Assembly (NCBI GenBank): GCA_965215775.1
Contig: CBDCEG010000027.1
Span: 101,860 to 165,859 of the forward strand
Source of the DNA: Cardiobacteriales bacterium
GTDB lineage: Bacteria > Pseudomonadota > Gammaproteobacteria > Cardiobacteriales > Ostreibacteriaceae
Direction of reading: 5' to 3'
Length of the DNA stretch: 64,000 bases
A model generated the notes under the pieces. That model ran no database searches. It had not been told where the DNA came from and worked only from the letters and a program-made list of their open reading frames with translations. Positions 47,257 through 56,192 of this stretch are shown one piece after another. A program made the position numbers and the translations under genes. Positions within the stretch are counted from its first letter, which is position 1. Each line of letters starts with the position of its first letter.

Positions 47257-48280
47257 AATAATACCTCCTTAAATTTTGTAAAATTTCATCAACCTTTATC
47301 TTTTGCTTCTCTATAAAAGCAGATAGATATAACTTAGAAGTGAAAGGGTTAAATATTTAAGCATTTAATCTTTCTCAATAGCTGGCACTAAGTTTAAAAT
47401 AAATTCATCAAATTCTTTTGAATTATAAATATCAATACAACTTATAAAGGTTATGGGTTTATTTGTAAACATAGATACCCCTTTTACTTTTTCAGACTCT
47501 TTATTTATATATTCATCTACTCTCTTCATGTCGGAACTCCCATAATATTTTATTATTTGATTATATCTACCCAAAGTATCTCCAATATCACGATTCATTT
47601 CATTATCTTCCAATAAATGCGTATTCATACAGACTCCAAAGCTATGATTCTTAAGCATTAACTGGTTTTTATCTAAAGTTATATGTGGATTGTAGAGGTT
47701 TTGAAGAAAAAACCCTATACTTGCCCCTAGTAATATAAAAAAAATATATTTCATTATTTTAGCTTTCAAAATAATACCTCCTTAAATTTTGTAAAATTTC
47801 ATCAACCTTTATCTTTTACTTCTCTATAAAAGCAGATAGATATAACTTAGGAGTGAAAGGGTTAAATACTTTAAGCATTTAACCTTTCTCAATAGCAGGC
47901 ACTAAGTTTAAAATAAATTTATCAAATTCTTTTGAATTATAAACTTTCATACAAGCCATAAAGATTAATGGTTTATTGGTAAACTTAGACACCATCACTA
48001 TTTTTTCATACTCTTTCTCTACATAATCATCCACTCTCACCATGTCAGAATATCCGTAATAATTTATCATTTGATGATATCCACCCAAAGCATCTCCAAT
48101 ATCACGAGTCATTTCATTATCTTTCAATATATGCATATTCATACAAGCTCCTAAGCTATGACTTTTAAGCATTAACTGATTTTTATCTAAAGTTATATGT
48201 GGATTGTAGAGATTTTGAAGAAAAAAACCTATACTTGCCCCTAGTAACACAAAAAAAACATATTTCATTATTTTAGCTCC
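47254..48280 (-). repeat. Tandem duplication, about 514-bp unit x2 (leader plus family-A gene)
   Basis: 47254-47766 and 47767-48280 are colinear. The ~110-bp leaders are nearly identical and the gene bodies are more diverged. Confidence 0.9.
47365..47769 (-). CDS. Small signal-anchored/exported protein, two-Cys family A, copy 2
   Basis: 134 aa with a hydrophobic N terminus, conserved GVC and ISC cysteines and the YNSKEFDEFILNLVPAIEK tail. The start is a TTG after AAGGAGG, or the ATG at 47754. Confidence 0.6.
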   Translation of the reverse strand: MKAKIMKYIFFILLGASIGFFLQNLYNPHITLDKNQLMLKNHSFGVCMNTHLLEDNEMNRDIGDTLGRYNQIIKYYGSSDMKRVDEYINKESEKVKGVSMFTNKPITFISCIDIYNSKEFDEFILNLVPAIEKD

Positions 48281-48298
48281 CCGATTGATAACCATCAT
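47879..48298 (-). CDS. Small signal-anchored/exported protein, two-Cys family A, copy 1
   Basis: 139 aa, paralog of 47365-47769. The start is either the ATGA overlap with the upstream gene at 48298 or the ATG at 48268 after GGGGAG. Confidence 0.6.
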   Translation of the reverse strand: MMVINRGAKIMKYVFFVLLGASIGFFLQNLYNPHITLDKNQLMLKSHSLGACMNMHILKDNEMTRDIGDALGGYHQMINYYGYSDMVRVDDYVEKEYEKIVMVSKFTNKPLIFMACMKVYNSKEFDKFILNLVPAIEKG

Positions 48299-48735
48299 AA
48301 ATTACTCCTCTTATTATAAAAAATCAGAAAGACCATAGGTATGAGACTTAAAAGATAAGCTATGTAAAAATGCTTTTGTTGTAGCATAAAATTAAATACT
48401 TCAATATCTAACCATGTATGTCCAAAGTGTTGAATGTATATATGCATAATACTATAGCTCGTATAGAACCAAAATAGACTATATAGTAAAAATATTGGAA
48501 TAATCCATAACTTACTTTTTTTCACTTTTAAATATAGGTAAGCAATAATAAAAGAAGGAATTATATTTATAATCACTATTTGTATAGTATTCCAAAGAAC
48601 ATTATCGTTTGTTACTTTATCTACATATAGACCAACTGTTTTAGGAATTAAAGGAACAATTATATCTATATAAATAAAGCTGTTGATACTACTAGCAATA
48701 GTTAGTAATATTATAAAAAAATTTATTTTTTTCAT
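48295..48735 (-). CDS. Small polytopic membrane protein (about 4 TM), unknown function
   Basis: 146-aa ORF, first gene of the cluster. Its upstream region resembles the leader upstream of the PAAR gene. Confidence 0.5.
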   Translation of the reverse strand: MKKINFFIILLTIASSINSFIYIDIIVPLIPKTVGLYVDKVTNDNVLWNTIQIVIINIIPSFIIAYLYLKVKKSKLWIIPIFLLYSLFWFYTSYSIMHIYIQHFGHTWLDIEVFNFMLQQKHFYIAYLLSLIPMVFLIFYNKRSNL

Positions 48736-48817
48736 ATCTATTCACGCCTTGGTTTTACTTATTTTATTTATATTTTTATACTGACAATTATAACTTAATA
48801 TCTCAATAATACTTTTC

Positions 48818-50098
48818 TTAATTTGTAATTAAATACTCTTTTAATAACTTAATATAGCTATCAGTAGAGCCTTGTTTGCTTTGTAGGTATTTATAACTAT
48901 TTTCTGAGATTTGTTGTTTATTTTCAATTAGTTCCAAAATTGCTTTTTTGAGGGTTTTGCTATTATTTTCTTCACATTGAATTATTGCATTTTCTTCAAG
49001 CATTTGGTTGATTATTTCTGGGAAATTAAAGCTACTATTTCCAATGATACAAGGGGTTTTGAATAAAGCAGATTCAAGCGGATTATGTCCGCCGTGTTCA
49101 ATAAAAGAACCACCAATAATAGAAAAATAAGCCATAGAATATAAATAAATAAGTTCTCCTATGCTATCAATTATGATAACTTCTACATTATTATCTGATT
49201 GTTTTAGGTTGCTTTTTTTGATTGAAATTAAATCATTTTGTTTACATATTTGTATAATATTATCAGCTCGTTCTGGGTGTCTTGGAACAATAACTAACAA
49301 TTTATTTATTATATTTTCTTTAACTAACTGTTTATAAGCTTTAATTATTATTTCATCTTCACCTGTGTGCGTGCTTGCTGCTAGAATAAATTCTTTATTT
49401 ATTAATTGTTTTAATTGCTGGTTTTTCTCTTTTAAATCATTTGGTTTTATAATATCAAACTTAATATTTGTAATTATATCTGTTTTTGCATTTAGCTTTT
49501 CAAACCTACTTGCAGACTCTTGGTTTTGACAAATAACTTTTGTAAACTTACTTATTATATTATTTGCAAAGTTATTGAATTTGTTTGCTTTTTGATAACT
49601 ATTAAATGATTTTTCTGAAAGTCTAGCATTTATAAGAAATGTAGGAATATTTCTTTTGTAAAGTTTATTTATATAATTTGCCCAAATTTCAGTTTCCATA
49701 AACAAACTTATTTCAGGTTTAAAATGGTTTAGAAACTTACTAACTAAAAAAGGTGCATCAAAAGGTAAATAACAGAAAATAACTTTTTCTGAGTTAATTT
49801 CTAAGCTAAGTTTTTTGGTTATCTGCTCCATTCCTGTTGGTGTGGTTGTTGTGATTAGAAGCTGTTTATTAGGGAATTGTTTTATAATTTTTTGAATTAA
49901 AAGTAAGCTTGCCAAAAATTCTCCAACAGAAACACAATGCAACCAAATTAAGTCAGAATTATTAGTTTTTGGTAATCCTAATGCAAATCTTTGTTTGATA
50001 TTCTTACGATAAGCTTTATTTTTAGAGCTTTTTATAAATAATCTAATTACCGCAAAAGGAAGTAATAAGCTTATGATTATTGAGTATAAATAAATCAT
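48818..50098 (-). CDS. waaA: 3-deoxy-D-manno-octulosonic acid (Kdo) transferase
   Basis: 426 aa with WLHCVSVGEF and a C-terminal GGHNPLE block. Confidence 0.9.
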   Translation of the reverse strand: MIYLYSIIISLLLPFAVIRLFIKSSKNKAYRKNIKQRFALGLPKTNNSDLIWLHCVSVGEFLASLLLIQKIIKQFPNKQLLITTTTPTGMEQITKKLSLEINSEKVIFCYLPFDAPFLVSKFLNHFKPEISLFMETEIWANYINKLYKRNIPTFLINARLSEKSFNSYQKANKFNNFANNIISKFTKVICQNQESASRFEKLNAKTDIITNIKFDIIKPNDLKEKNQQLKQLINKEFILAASTHTGEDEIIIKAYKQLVKENIINKLLVIVPRHPERADNIIQICKQNDLISIKKSNLKQSDNNVEVIIIDSIGELIYLYSMAYFSIIGGSFIEHGGHNPLESALFKTPCIIGNSSFNFPEIINQMLEENAIIQCEENNSKTLKKAILELIENKQQISENSYKYLQSKQGSTDSYIKLLKEYLITN

Positions 50099-51654
50099 TT
50101 CTGAGGTCTAATAAATCCAGCAGAAAACCTAGTGGAAAATCTAACAAAAAATATAAATAAAACAAAGAAAATAATAAAAGGATAATCACCAATTAAAACA
50201 TATATTGTATTACCAATTCTTGGGCTAACTTTGGCAATAACACTACCAGCTTTGAATTGTTCGGTGGTTTTTATTACCTTACCATTATAATTTATAATTG
50301 CAGAAATCCCTGTGTTTGTTGCTCTAATTATAGTTTTTTGGCTTTCAATTGCACGCATTCTAATTATATTAAAATGTTGCATTTGTGCTTTTGATTTTGC
50401 AAACCAAGCATCATTTGAAATATTTAAAAGGATATTTGAATTTATTGCATTTTGCCTTATTTCATTACCAAAAACAGCTTCAAAACAAATAGAAACCGCA
50501 AGTTTAAATGTTGTTTTTCCTTTAGTTATAATAAATGGTTCTTGAATTAGTTCTCCTTTTTTAAAATCAGCCATCGGAATAGTAACAAACTTTTCAAAAA
50601 GACTTAAAACACTACGAAAAGGAATGTATTCACCAAAAGCTAACAAATGTTGTTTCTTATAAAAGCTAACTTCTCCATTTTTTGACTGTAAATAAGCAGA
50701 GTTATATATATCACCATATGCGTTTGCTGTTCTATTTTTTTCAAATTGGATTCCAGCAACCCAATCAAAATTATATTCTTGCTGTAAAAGAAACATATCA
50801 TTTAAATCTTCAACTGAATCTTGGTAGATATTTGGAATGGCGGTTTCTGCCCAAATAACTAAGTCAGGTTTGTTGTTTTGTAAGACTTTGAAAGTTTCTT
50901 TTTTATAATCATTTATACTTTTTTGTATTTTTTCTAAAGTGTATTTGGTGATAACATCAGTATTTGCTTGAATTAAAGCTACTTCTAACTTGTCTGAGTT
51001 TAGTTGTTTGGTTTGTGGAATATTTAAAAGTAGGGCGGAAATAACAATTGTAAAAATACCCAAAACACCTATTAATTTTGATTTTAAATTTTTATTTAGA
51101 AAGATAATTAAAATAAATGAAGCAAGTAAAACACATATGAAACTAACAAAAAATACACCACCAATTTTAGAGAAATTAGCAAGCGGGCTATCAATTTGAG
51201 CATAACCAAGAGAACCCCAAGGAAAACCTATAAAAAACATACTTCTAATCCATTCAAATATTGCAATAATTGCAGGAGCTATAAATATTTGTTGTGTTCT
51301 ATTTTTGCCAAGTTTGATAATGCAATAAGCTGATAATCCCCAATAAATAGCCAAAATCAAAACCATTAAAGCATTTGCTAAAATTGAAAAAAATAAGCTA
51401 GCACCACCAAAAATATTCATACTTATATAAACCCAACTCAAATTCCAAGCGAAAAATGAAAGTCCATATAAATAACCAGTTGCAAAAGCTTTTTTTGGAG
51501 TTTTTACTAAAGATTTATTAGTTATTATATAAATAAAACCAGCAACTGAAATAATAGAAATAATTCCACTAAGCCAAGTGATGTTAGAGCTGTATTTTAT
51601 ATCAAAAACAAGAGCTTGAATAAATCCAAGAAAAATAATAATGCCAAATTTCAT
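50095..51654 (-). CDS. lnt: Apolipoprotein N-acyltransferase
   Basis: 519 aa with a polytopic N terminus and a CN-hydrolase domain (WAETA, SICFE). Confidence 0.9.
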   Translation of the reverse strand: MKFGIIIFLGFIQALVFDIKYSSNITWLSGIISIISVAGFIYIITNKSLVKTPKKAFATGYLYGLSFFAWNLSWVYISMNIFGGASLFFSILANALMVLILAIYWGLSAYCIIKLGKNRTQQIFIAPAIIAIFEWIRSMFFIGFPWGSLGYAQIDSPLANFSKIGGVFFVSFICVLLASFILIIFLNKNLKSKLIGVLGIFTIVISALLLNIPQTKQLNSDKLEVALIQANTDVITKYTLEKIQKSINDYKKETFKVLQNNKPDLVIWAETAIPNIYQDSVEDLNDMFLLQQEYNFDWVAGIQFEKNRTANAYGDIYNSAYLQSKNGEVSFYKKQHLLAFGEYIPFRSVLSLFEKFVTIPMADFKKGELIQEPFIITKGKTTFKLAVSICFEAVFGNEIRQNAINSNILLNISNDAWFAKSKAQMQHFNIIRMRAIESQKTIIRATNTGISAIINYNGKVIKTTEQFKAGSVIAKVSPRIGNTIYVLIGDYPFIIFFVLFIFFVRFSTRFSAGFIRPQK

Positions 51655-51661
51655 AATTTGT

Positions 51662-52480
51662 TTAGTTGTTTGTGATTTTTATTTTTTTGACAACCAATGA
51701 AATGATTTTTCTTTCATCCGCTTCTTTTACAATAAAACAAAATCCACCACTGTTTATTTTTTCGCCAATTTTGGGAACATAAGCAAATTTTGAAACTACA
51801 AAACCACCAATAGTATCAGTGTTTATATGGCTTAACTCTACGCCAAAAGTTGAGTTGAATTCATCAAGTTCGGTCATAGCAGTTACAAAATAACTTGTTA
51901 AATCTAATTTTTTGATGTTTTTATCATTTTTAATATCATGCTCATCATCAATATCTCCAACAATTTCCTCCAAAACATCTTCAATAGTAACAAGACCAGC
52001 AGTTCCACCATACTCGTTAGTTACAATAACCATATGTTCGCGTTGGTAACGAAATTCTTTTAATAAAATATCTAATGGTTTTGATTCTGGTATAAATTTG
52101 GCAGCACGCATAGCTTTGCTAATTTCAAAATCAGTTTTATATTTAATATGAATAAGTAAATCTTTGGCAAGTAAAATACCTATGATTTTATCATCTTTTT
52201 CAACAGGAAAACGAGAATGCCCACTATCTAAAACTAGTTTAATAACTTCATCAAATTTTAAGTCATATTCAACACTTATAATTTGTGAGCTAGGAATCAT
52301 AACATCTCTAACCTTTTGCTCAGAAACAGAAAGAACTCCTGTAATCATTCGTGCTTCTTGGCTATCAATTATGTTGTTTTCTTGAGCTTCTTGAAGATAT
52401 TCAAGTAAATCTTCTTTGTTATCTTTTTTGATTACAAGCCCTAGTAGTTTTTGAAATATATTTTCTTTTTCTTTTTTCAT
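51662..52480 (-). CDS. corC: CorC/HlyC family magnesium/cobalt efflux-associated protein (CBS pair plus CorC_HlyC domain)
   Basis: 272 aa. The lnt-corC adjacency is typical, and the EYGGTAGLVTIEDVLEEIVG block is present. Confidence 0.9.
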   Translation of the reverse strand: MKKEKENIFQKLLGLVIKKDNKEDLLEYLQEAQENNIIDSQEARMITGVLSVSEQKVRDVMIPSSQIISVEYDLKFDEVIKLVLDSGHSRFPVEKDDKIIGILLAKDLLIHIKYKTDFEISKAMRAAKFIPESKPLDILLKEFRYQREHMVIVTNEYGGTAGLVTIEDVLEEIVGDIDDEHDIKNDKNIKKLDLTSYFVTAMTELDEFNSTFGVELSHINTDTIGGFVVSKFAYVPKIGEKINSGGFCFIVKEADERKIISLVVKKIKITNN

Positions 52481-52562
52481 TGAAATATTAAGTGTTTATT
52501 AACTATTTAGTTTTAAAATAATCTTTCATTATAACACTAACCAATAGATTATTTATAGCTGT

Positions 52563-52606
52563 AAAAAAAGGCAACAGGAAATTTCAACCTGTTGCCTTTA
52601 TTTTTT
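52563..52606. terminator. Bidirectional rho-independent hairpin
   Basis: aaaaaaaggcaacagg / aaatttcaa / cctgttgcctttatttttt, ~30 nt past the stop of the YeeE-like pair. Confidence 0.8.
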
Positions 52607-52631
52607 CATTATGAAAAAACTTACTTAAAAT

Positions 52632-53201
52632 CTAATCCTTTAAAATTGATTTAGGTAAGAAAATAGCTATTAAAATAAATAAAGCACCAATTCCACCAGC
52701 AACCAAAAGAGGTGAAACAGCTGGCATCAAAGCTGTAAATTTATCATTTCCAGTTTCTACCAAAGTAGCCTTACTACCAAGCTTATCAAATAAAAATGTT
52801 GATTTTAAGCTTGCATAAGAAATTGTATAAGCTAACGCACCAAGTAAACCACCAATAATAAAAATCAGTGCATCTTTTCTACCAGCTCCTGCTGCAACAA
52901 CACCAGTTCCTGGGCAAAATCCAGACATAGCCCAACCAAGTCCCAAAATAGCACCGCCAATAATAACGCCAACATAAGAAGCTTTAACGCTTAAATGTGC
53001 AGAGTCAACAAGTCCAAGTGCAAGTAAAGCGAACAAAATAAGACTGCTAGTCCCAATTCCTAAAAGAATTGCACGCATTAAATGTAAATCTGAAAGGCGT
53101 AACATTCCTATAATTTTTTGTGGATTTGATGCACCAACTTTTTGTAGGATAAATCCAAATAAAAATCCTAAAAGTATCGCGAATAATATAGTTGTAGTCA
53201 T
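52632..53201 (-). CDS. YeeE/YedE family (sulfur-compound transport-like) membrane protein, C-terminal-half type
   Basis: 189 aa, polytopic, with GFCPGTG. Confidence 0.8.
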   Translation of the reverse strand: MTTTILFAILLGFLFGFILQKVGASNPQKIIGMLRLSDLHLMRAILLGIGTSSLILFALLALGLVDSAHLSVKASYVGVIIGGAILGLGWAMSGFCPGTGVVAAGAGRKDALIFIIGGLLGALAYTISYASLKSTFLFDKLGSKATLVETGNDKFTALMPAVSPLLVAGGIGALFILIAIFLPKSILKD

Positions 53202-53203
53202 AA

Positions 53204-53806
53204 TTAACCTCTTTTTTTATACATAATAATTGCTACAGGAATTGCAACTGCAAAAGCACCAGCTGCAAATAAATAACCACTAAGTGAAGTCTGCATCATT
53301 CCACTCATCATATGACCACTTGTGCAACCACCTGCTAGCCTTGCTCCATATAAAACTAAAAAACCACCAATAAATGAAATCATATAACGCTTTTTAGTGC
53401 AGTTTCCTAGGCTTTCTCTAAATACTTTTGGTGAAATTGCTAGCTTTTTACTTTCTAACTTTTCTTCATCTGTTTGCTTTGGTTGAAGTTTGCTTGCAAC
53501 AAAACCACCCAAAATCATAGCAAGAACAAAAATAAAACTATAATTAATTGGTTTAGCAACACTTTTGGCATATTTACCACCACTTTTGTTCAGGTAGGCA
53601 TTGGTACTTCTATAACCTTTTTTGGCAGTCTTATCTTCAACAATTAAGTCTGAAGAAACTGCATTCCAAACAATTCCATCTAAAATAACAAACTGCGTAG
53701 AAACCCCAACAGGCTTAACAAAAGCAACAGCAAGCAAGAAAATAAAACCTAACGAAAGCCCGCTTGCCAGCCAGCCCCATTGTTTTTTGAAAATAAAACC
53801 TTTCAT
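53204..53806 (-). CDS. YeeE/YedE family membrane protein, N-terminal-half type
   Basis: 200 aa with LAGGCTSGHMMSG. Confidence 0.8.
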   Translation of the reverse strand: MKGFIFKKQWGWLASGLSLGFIFLLAVAFVKPVGVSTQFVILDGIVWNAVSSDLIVEDKTAKKGYRSTNAYLNKSGGKYAKSVAKPINYSFIFVLAMILGGFVASKLQPKQTDEEKLESKKLAISPKVFRESLGNCTKKRYMISFIGGFLVLYGARLAGGCTSGHMMSGMMQTSLSGYLFAAGAFAVAIPVAIIMYKKRG

Positions 53807-53955
53807 AAGTAACCTCTTATATTAGTAAAGTTGCAATTTTATAGTTTTAAACTAATAAAGCAAATATTTTTTGAATAACTTATATGAATTTTAGTTATTG
53901 TTTGTGTATGTATGTTTTAAATACTTTGGAAATACTTTGGATTTGTAAATTTCTG

Positions 53956-54747
53956 TTAATATTCGTAACCATTAAGTATCCAATTTTTTGGTGTTAAATA
54001 CATCCAGTATTTAGTATTAAAAGGAATTATCCAATATTTTGTTTTGAGTTTTTTATTTTCTTTTACTCCTGTTACTTTTAGTTTTAGAGAATAAACTCGT
54101 TTGTTTTTATCTGTAATAATAGATAGTTTTGTCTTAATATCAATCAAAGATTGTTTGTTTACAACAACTCCTTCATTACTATAAAAAGTGGTTAATGAAA
54201 AAATATCTTTAATACCTTGTTTTCCATAAGGAGCGAAAATTAAATCTACCGCTCCATAATATCCATTATGAGCATCCCAAATGTGAGTCTTCCAACCCCA
54301 ATAATCAGTAGGTGCAAGTTTAACTAACTTCCAATCTCGTGGAGGCGTGCTGTAAGCTCCAAGAAGAATTGTTGGATTTGCAGCAATAAGTTTGGAGCTT
54401 TTATCTTCAACAATAAACAAAGCACTCATACCAAATGTAAGGTGGCTAATGAAAGCATCATTATTCTTATCAAGCATTCTACCATCTAAAACAAGATATC
54501 TTCGTTTGCCAAATTTTGTTTTGATAATCTCGGATTTGATTATTGATAAACAATAATGATTTTCATTAAATTCCTTACTTTTAACTATCCAACAATTATT
54601 TTTTTTATCGTATTTTTGATAAAATTTACTAATAGTTTTTATCAAAGAACTTGATGCTTTTAGATTATTACTTTTTTTTGCAAAAATAGGGCTTGTAAAT
54701 ATTATAACAATAAGAAGTATATAAGTTTTCATAATAGTATGTTTCAT
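53956..54747 (-). CDS. Secreted protein of unknown function
   Basis: 263 aa with a cleavable signal peptide (..FTSPIFA/KK). No family recognised. Confidence 0.5.
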   Translation of the reverse strand: MKHTIMKTYILLIVIIFTSPIFAKKSNNLKASSSLIKTISKFYQKYDKKNNCWIVKSKEFNENHYCLSIIKSEIIKTKFGKRRYLVLDGRMLDKNNDAFISHLTFGMSALFIVEDKSSKLIAANPTILLGAYSTPPRDWKLVKLAPTDYWGWKTHIWDAHNGYYGAVDLIFAPYGKQGIKDIFSLTTFYSNEGVVVNKQSLIDIKTKLSIITDKNKRVYSLKLKVTGVKENKKLKTKYWIIPFNTKYWMYLTPKNWILNGYEY

Positions 54748-54792
54748 AATAATATATTTAATAATAAATTAAGTTTAAGAGTTAAAATTTTA

Positions 54793-55386
54793 CTACCTAT
54801 CAATATTTTTACTAACCTTAAATACTTTCACATTTTCTCCATCAACTAATTTGTATTGAATATAACGAATTCCTCCTGTTGGGTTTGCATTTGTATCCTT
54901 TTTTTTATAGATTGGGAAGCTTTGTACTAAGTGGTTATTAATTAACTCAAACTTATCATGTCCCATATATCCTTTGTTTAATCGTTTATTATGAACAATA
55001 CCTTTAAAATAAGCTTCACTTGCTGAATGTTTACCATTTGGAGATACAGCAATTACTTTCCCATAAGCTCCGCTTCCCACAGAATGTAAATAAATAACTA
55101 ATTCGCCAACCTTATCTTTATCTAAATCAGAAACCTCTGCACCTGTTATAGTATAGCCTTCTTCAACCTCTAGAGTTTCTTTATAAGCTTCTTTTAAGCC
55201 TATAATTGAAATTTTTGCATAATTACGATCATCTTTTTTTATAGAAGATATATTATATTTAATTTTGTTATAACTTAATGACTTTGAAAAAGAAGTGTTT
55301 CTAAGCGGTTCGGAGCTTGTGTTATCTTTAGTTTGTAGGCAAGATATTAATGCACCAAGTGTAAATATTAAAAGTATTTTATTCAC
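54793..55386 (-). CDS. Lipoprotein of unknown function
   Basis: 197 aa with lipobox GALISC. No family recognised. Confidence 0.5.
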   Translation of the reverse strand: MNKILLIFTLGALISCLQTKDNTSSEPLRNTSFSKSLSYNKIKYNISSIKKDDRNYAKISIIGLKEAYKETLEVEEGYTITGAEVSDLDKDKVGELVIYLHSVGSGAYGKVIAVSPNGKHSASEAYFKGIVHNKRLNKGYMGHDKFELINNHLVQSFPIYKKKDTNANPTGGIRYIQYKLVDGENVKVFKVSKNIDR

Positions 55387-55465
55387 TTAATTACCTCATT
55401 TATAAAATTAGTTAGATAATTTAGTTTACCACAAAATAAACCTAGTTTTTAGGCACGGTTAGTTT

Positions 55466-56131
55466 TCAAAAAACACTAACCAAACTAAAGACACCTATAC
55501 AAATTAGAAATACTGCAAGGGTAGGGCGTAGAGTTTTGTTATTATTAAGTATATTAGTTATAAACCCCATTCCAATTAGTGCAGGCATTGTTCCTAAGCC
55601 AAAACAAATAATTGCGATAACTGAATTTATTAAATTATCAGCACTTATTGCGACAGCTAATGCACTATAAATCAAAGAACAAGGTATAAAACCCCAAACA
55701 ATTCCAACAAGGTAAACTTGTTTTAAGCTTTTTGGTGGCAGAATTGGATTTACTAATTTCCTTATTTTTTGCCAAATTTTTTGAGTGAAATTATTGAAAA
55801 ATCCTTGAGTTTTAATTTCAAATAATTGACTAACACCAAGGAAAATCATAAAGCAAGCAGCTAAAGCTTTGAAAAAAAGAGCTGTTGGAATTAAGCTTTG
55901 GGTTTGTTTGGTAAAGTTAAGTATAAAAATCATAGAAATTATAGTTATTAATATATAACTACTAATTCTTCCTAAGTTATAAATATATAAGCTATATTTT
56001 TTATGCTTTTCCTTTGTTATATTTTGAAATATTTGTAAAATGCTACCACACATTGCGATACAGTGTGCGCTTCCAATCAATCCAATCAAAAATAGTGAAG
56101 CATATAAGTTGTAATTATTAAGAATTGTCAT
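55466..56131 (-). CDS. Polytopic membrane protein with an HCxxMCG motif (COG2836 / TauE-SafE-like)
   Basis: The Met at 56131 (MTILNNY...GSAHCIAMCG) is preferred. The ORF-track extension would overlap the rnfC start. Confidence 0.65.
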   Translation of the reverse strand: MTILNNYNLYASLFLIGLIGSAHCIAMCGSILQIFQNITKEKHKKYSLYIYNLGRISSYILITIISMIFILNFTKQTQSLIPTALFFKALAACFMIFLGVSQLFEIKTQGFFNNFTQKIWQKIRKLVNPILPPKSLKQVYLVGIVWGFIPCSLIYSALAVAISADNLINSVIAIICFGLGTMPALIGMGFITNILNNNKTLRPTLAVFLICIGVFSLVSVF

Positions 56132-56192
56132 TTTGTTATAGGAAAAAATATAGTTATTTAGATAAAAAATAAAAATGTTATAATTCAAAACT

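Noticed and set aside
47383-47398. TGGCAC motif as a possible sigma-54 promoter, considered because a sigma-54 activator is in the window
   Set aside because: The spacing and -12 element are wrong (TGGCAC-TAAGT-TTAAA has no GC at -12). It also lies inside the family-A coding sequence on the opposite strand.
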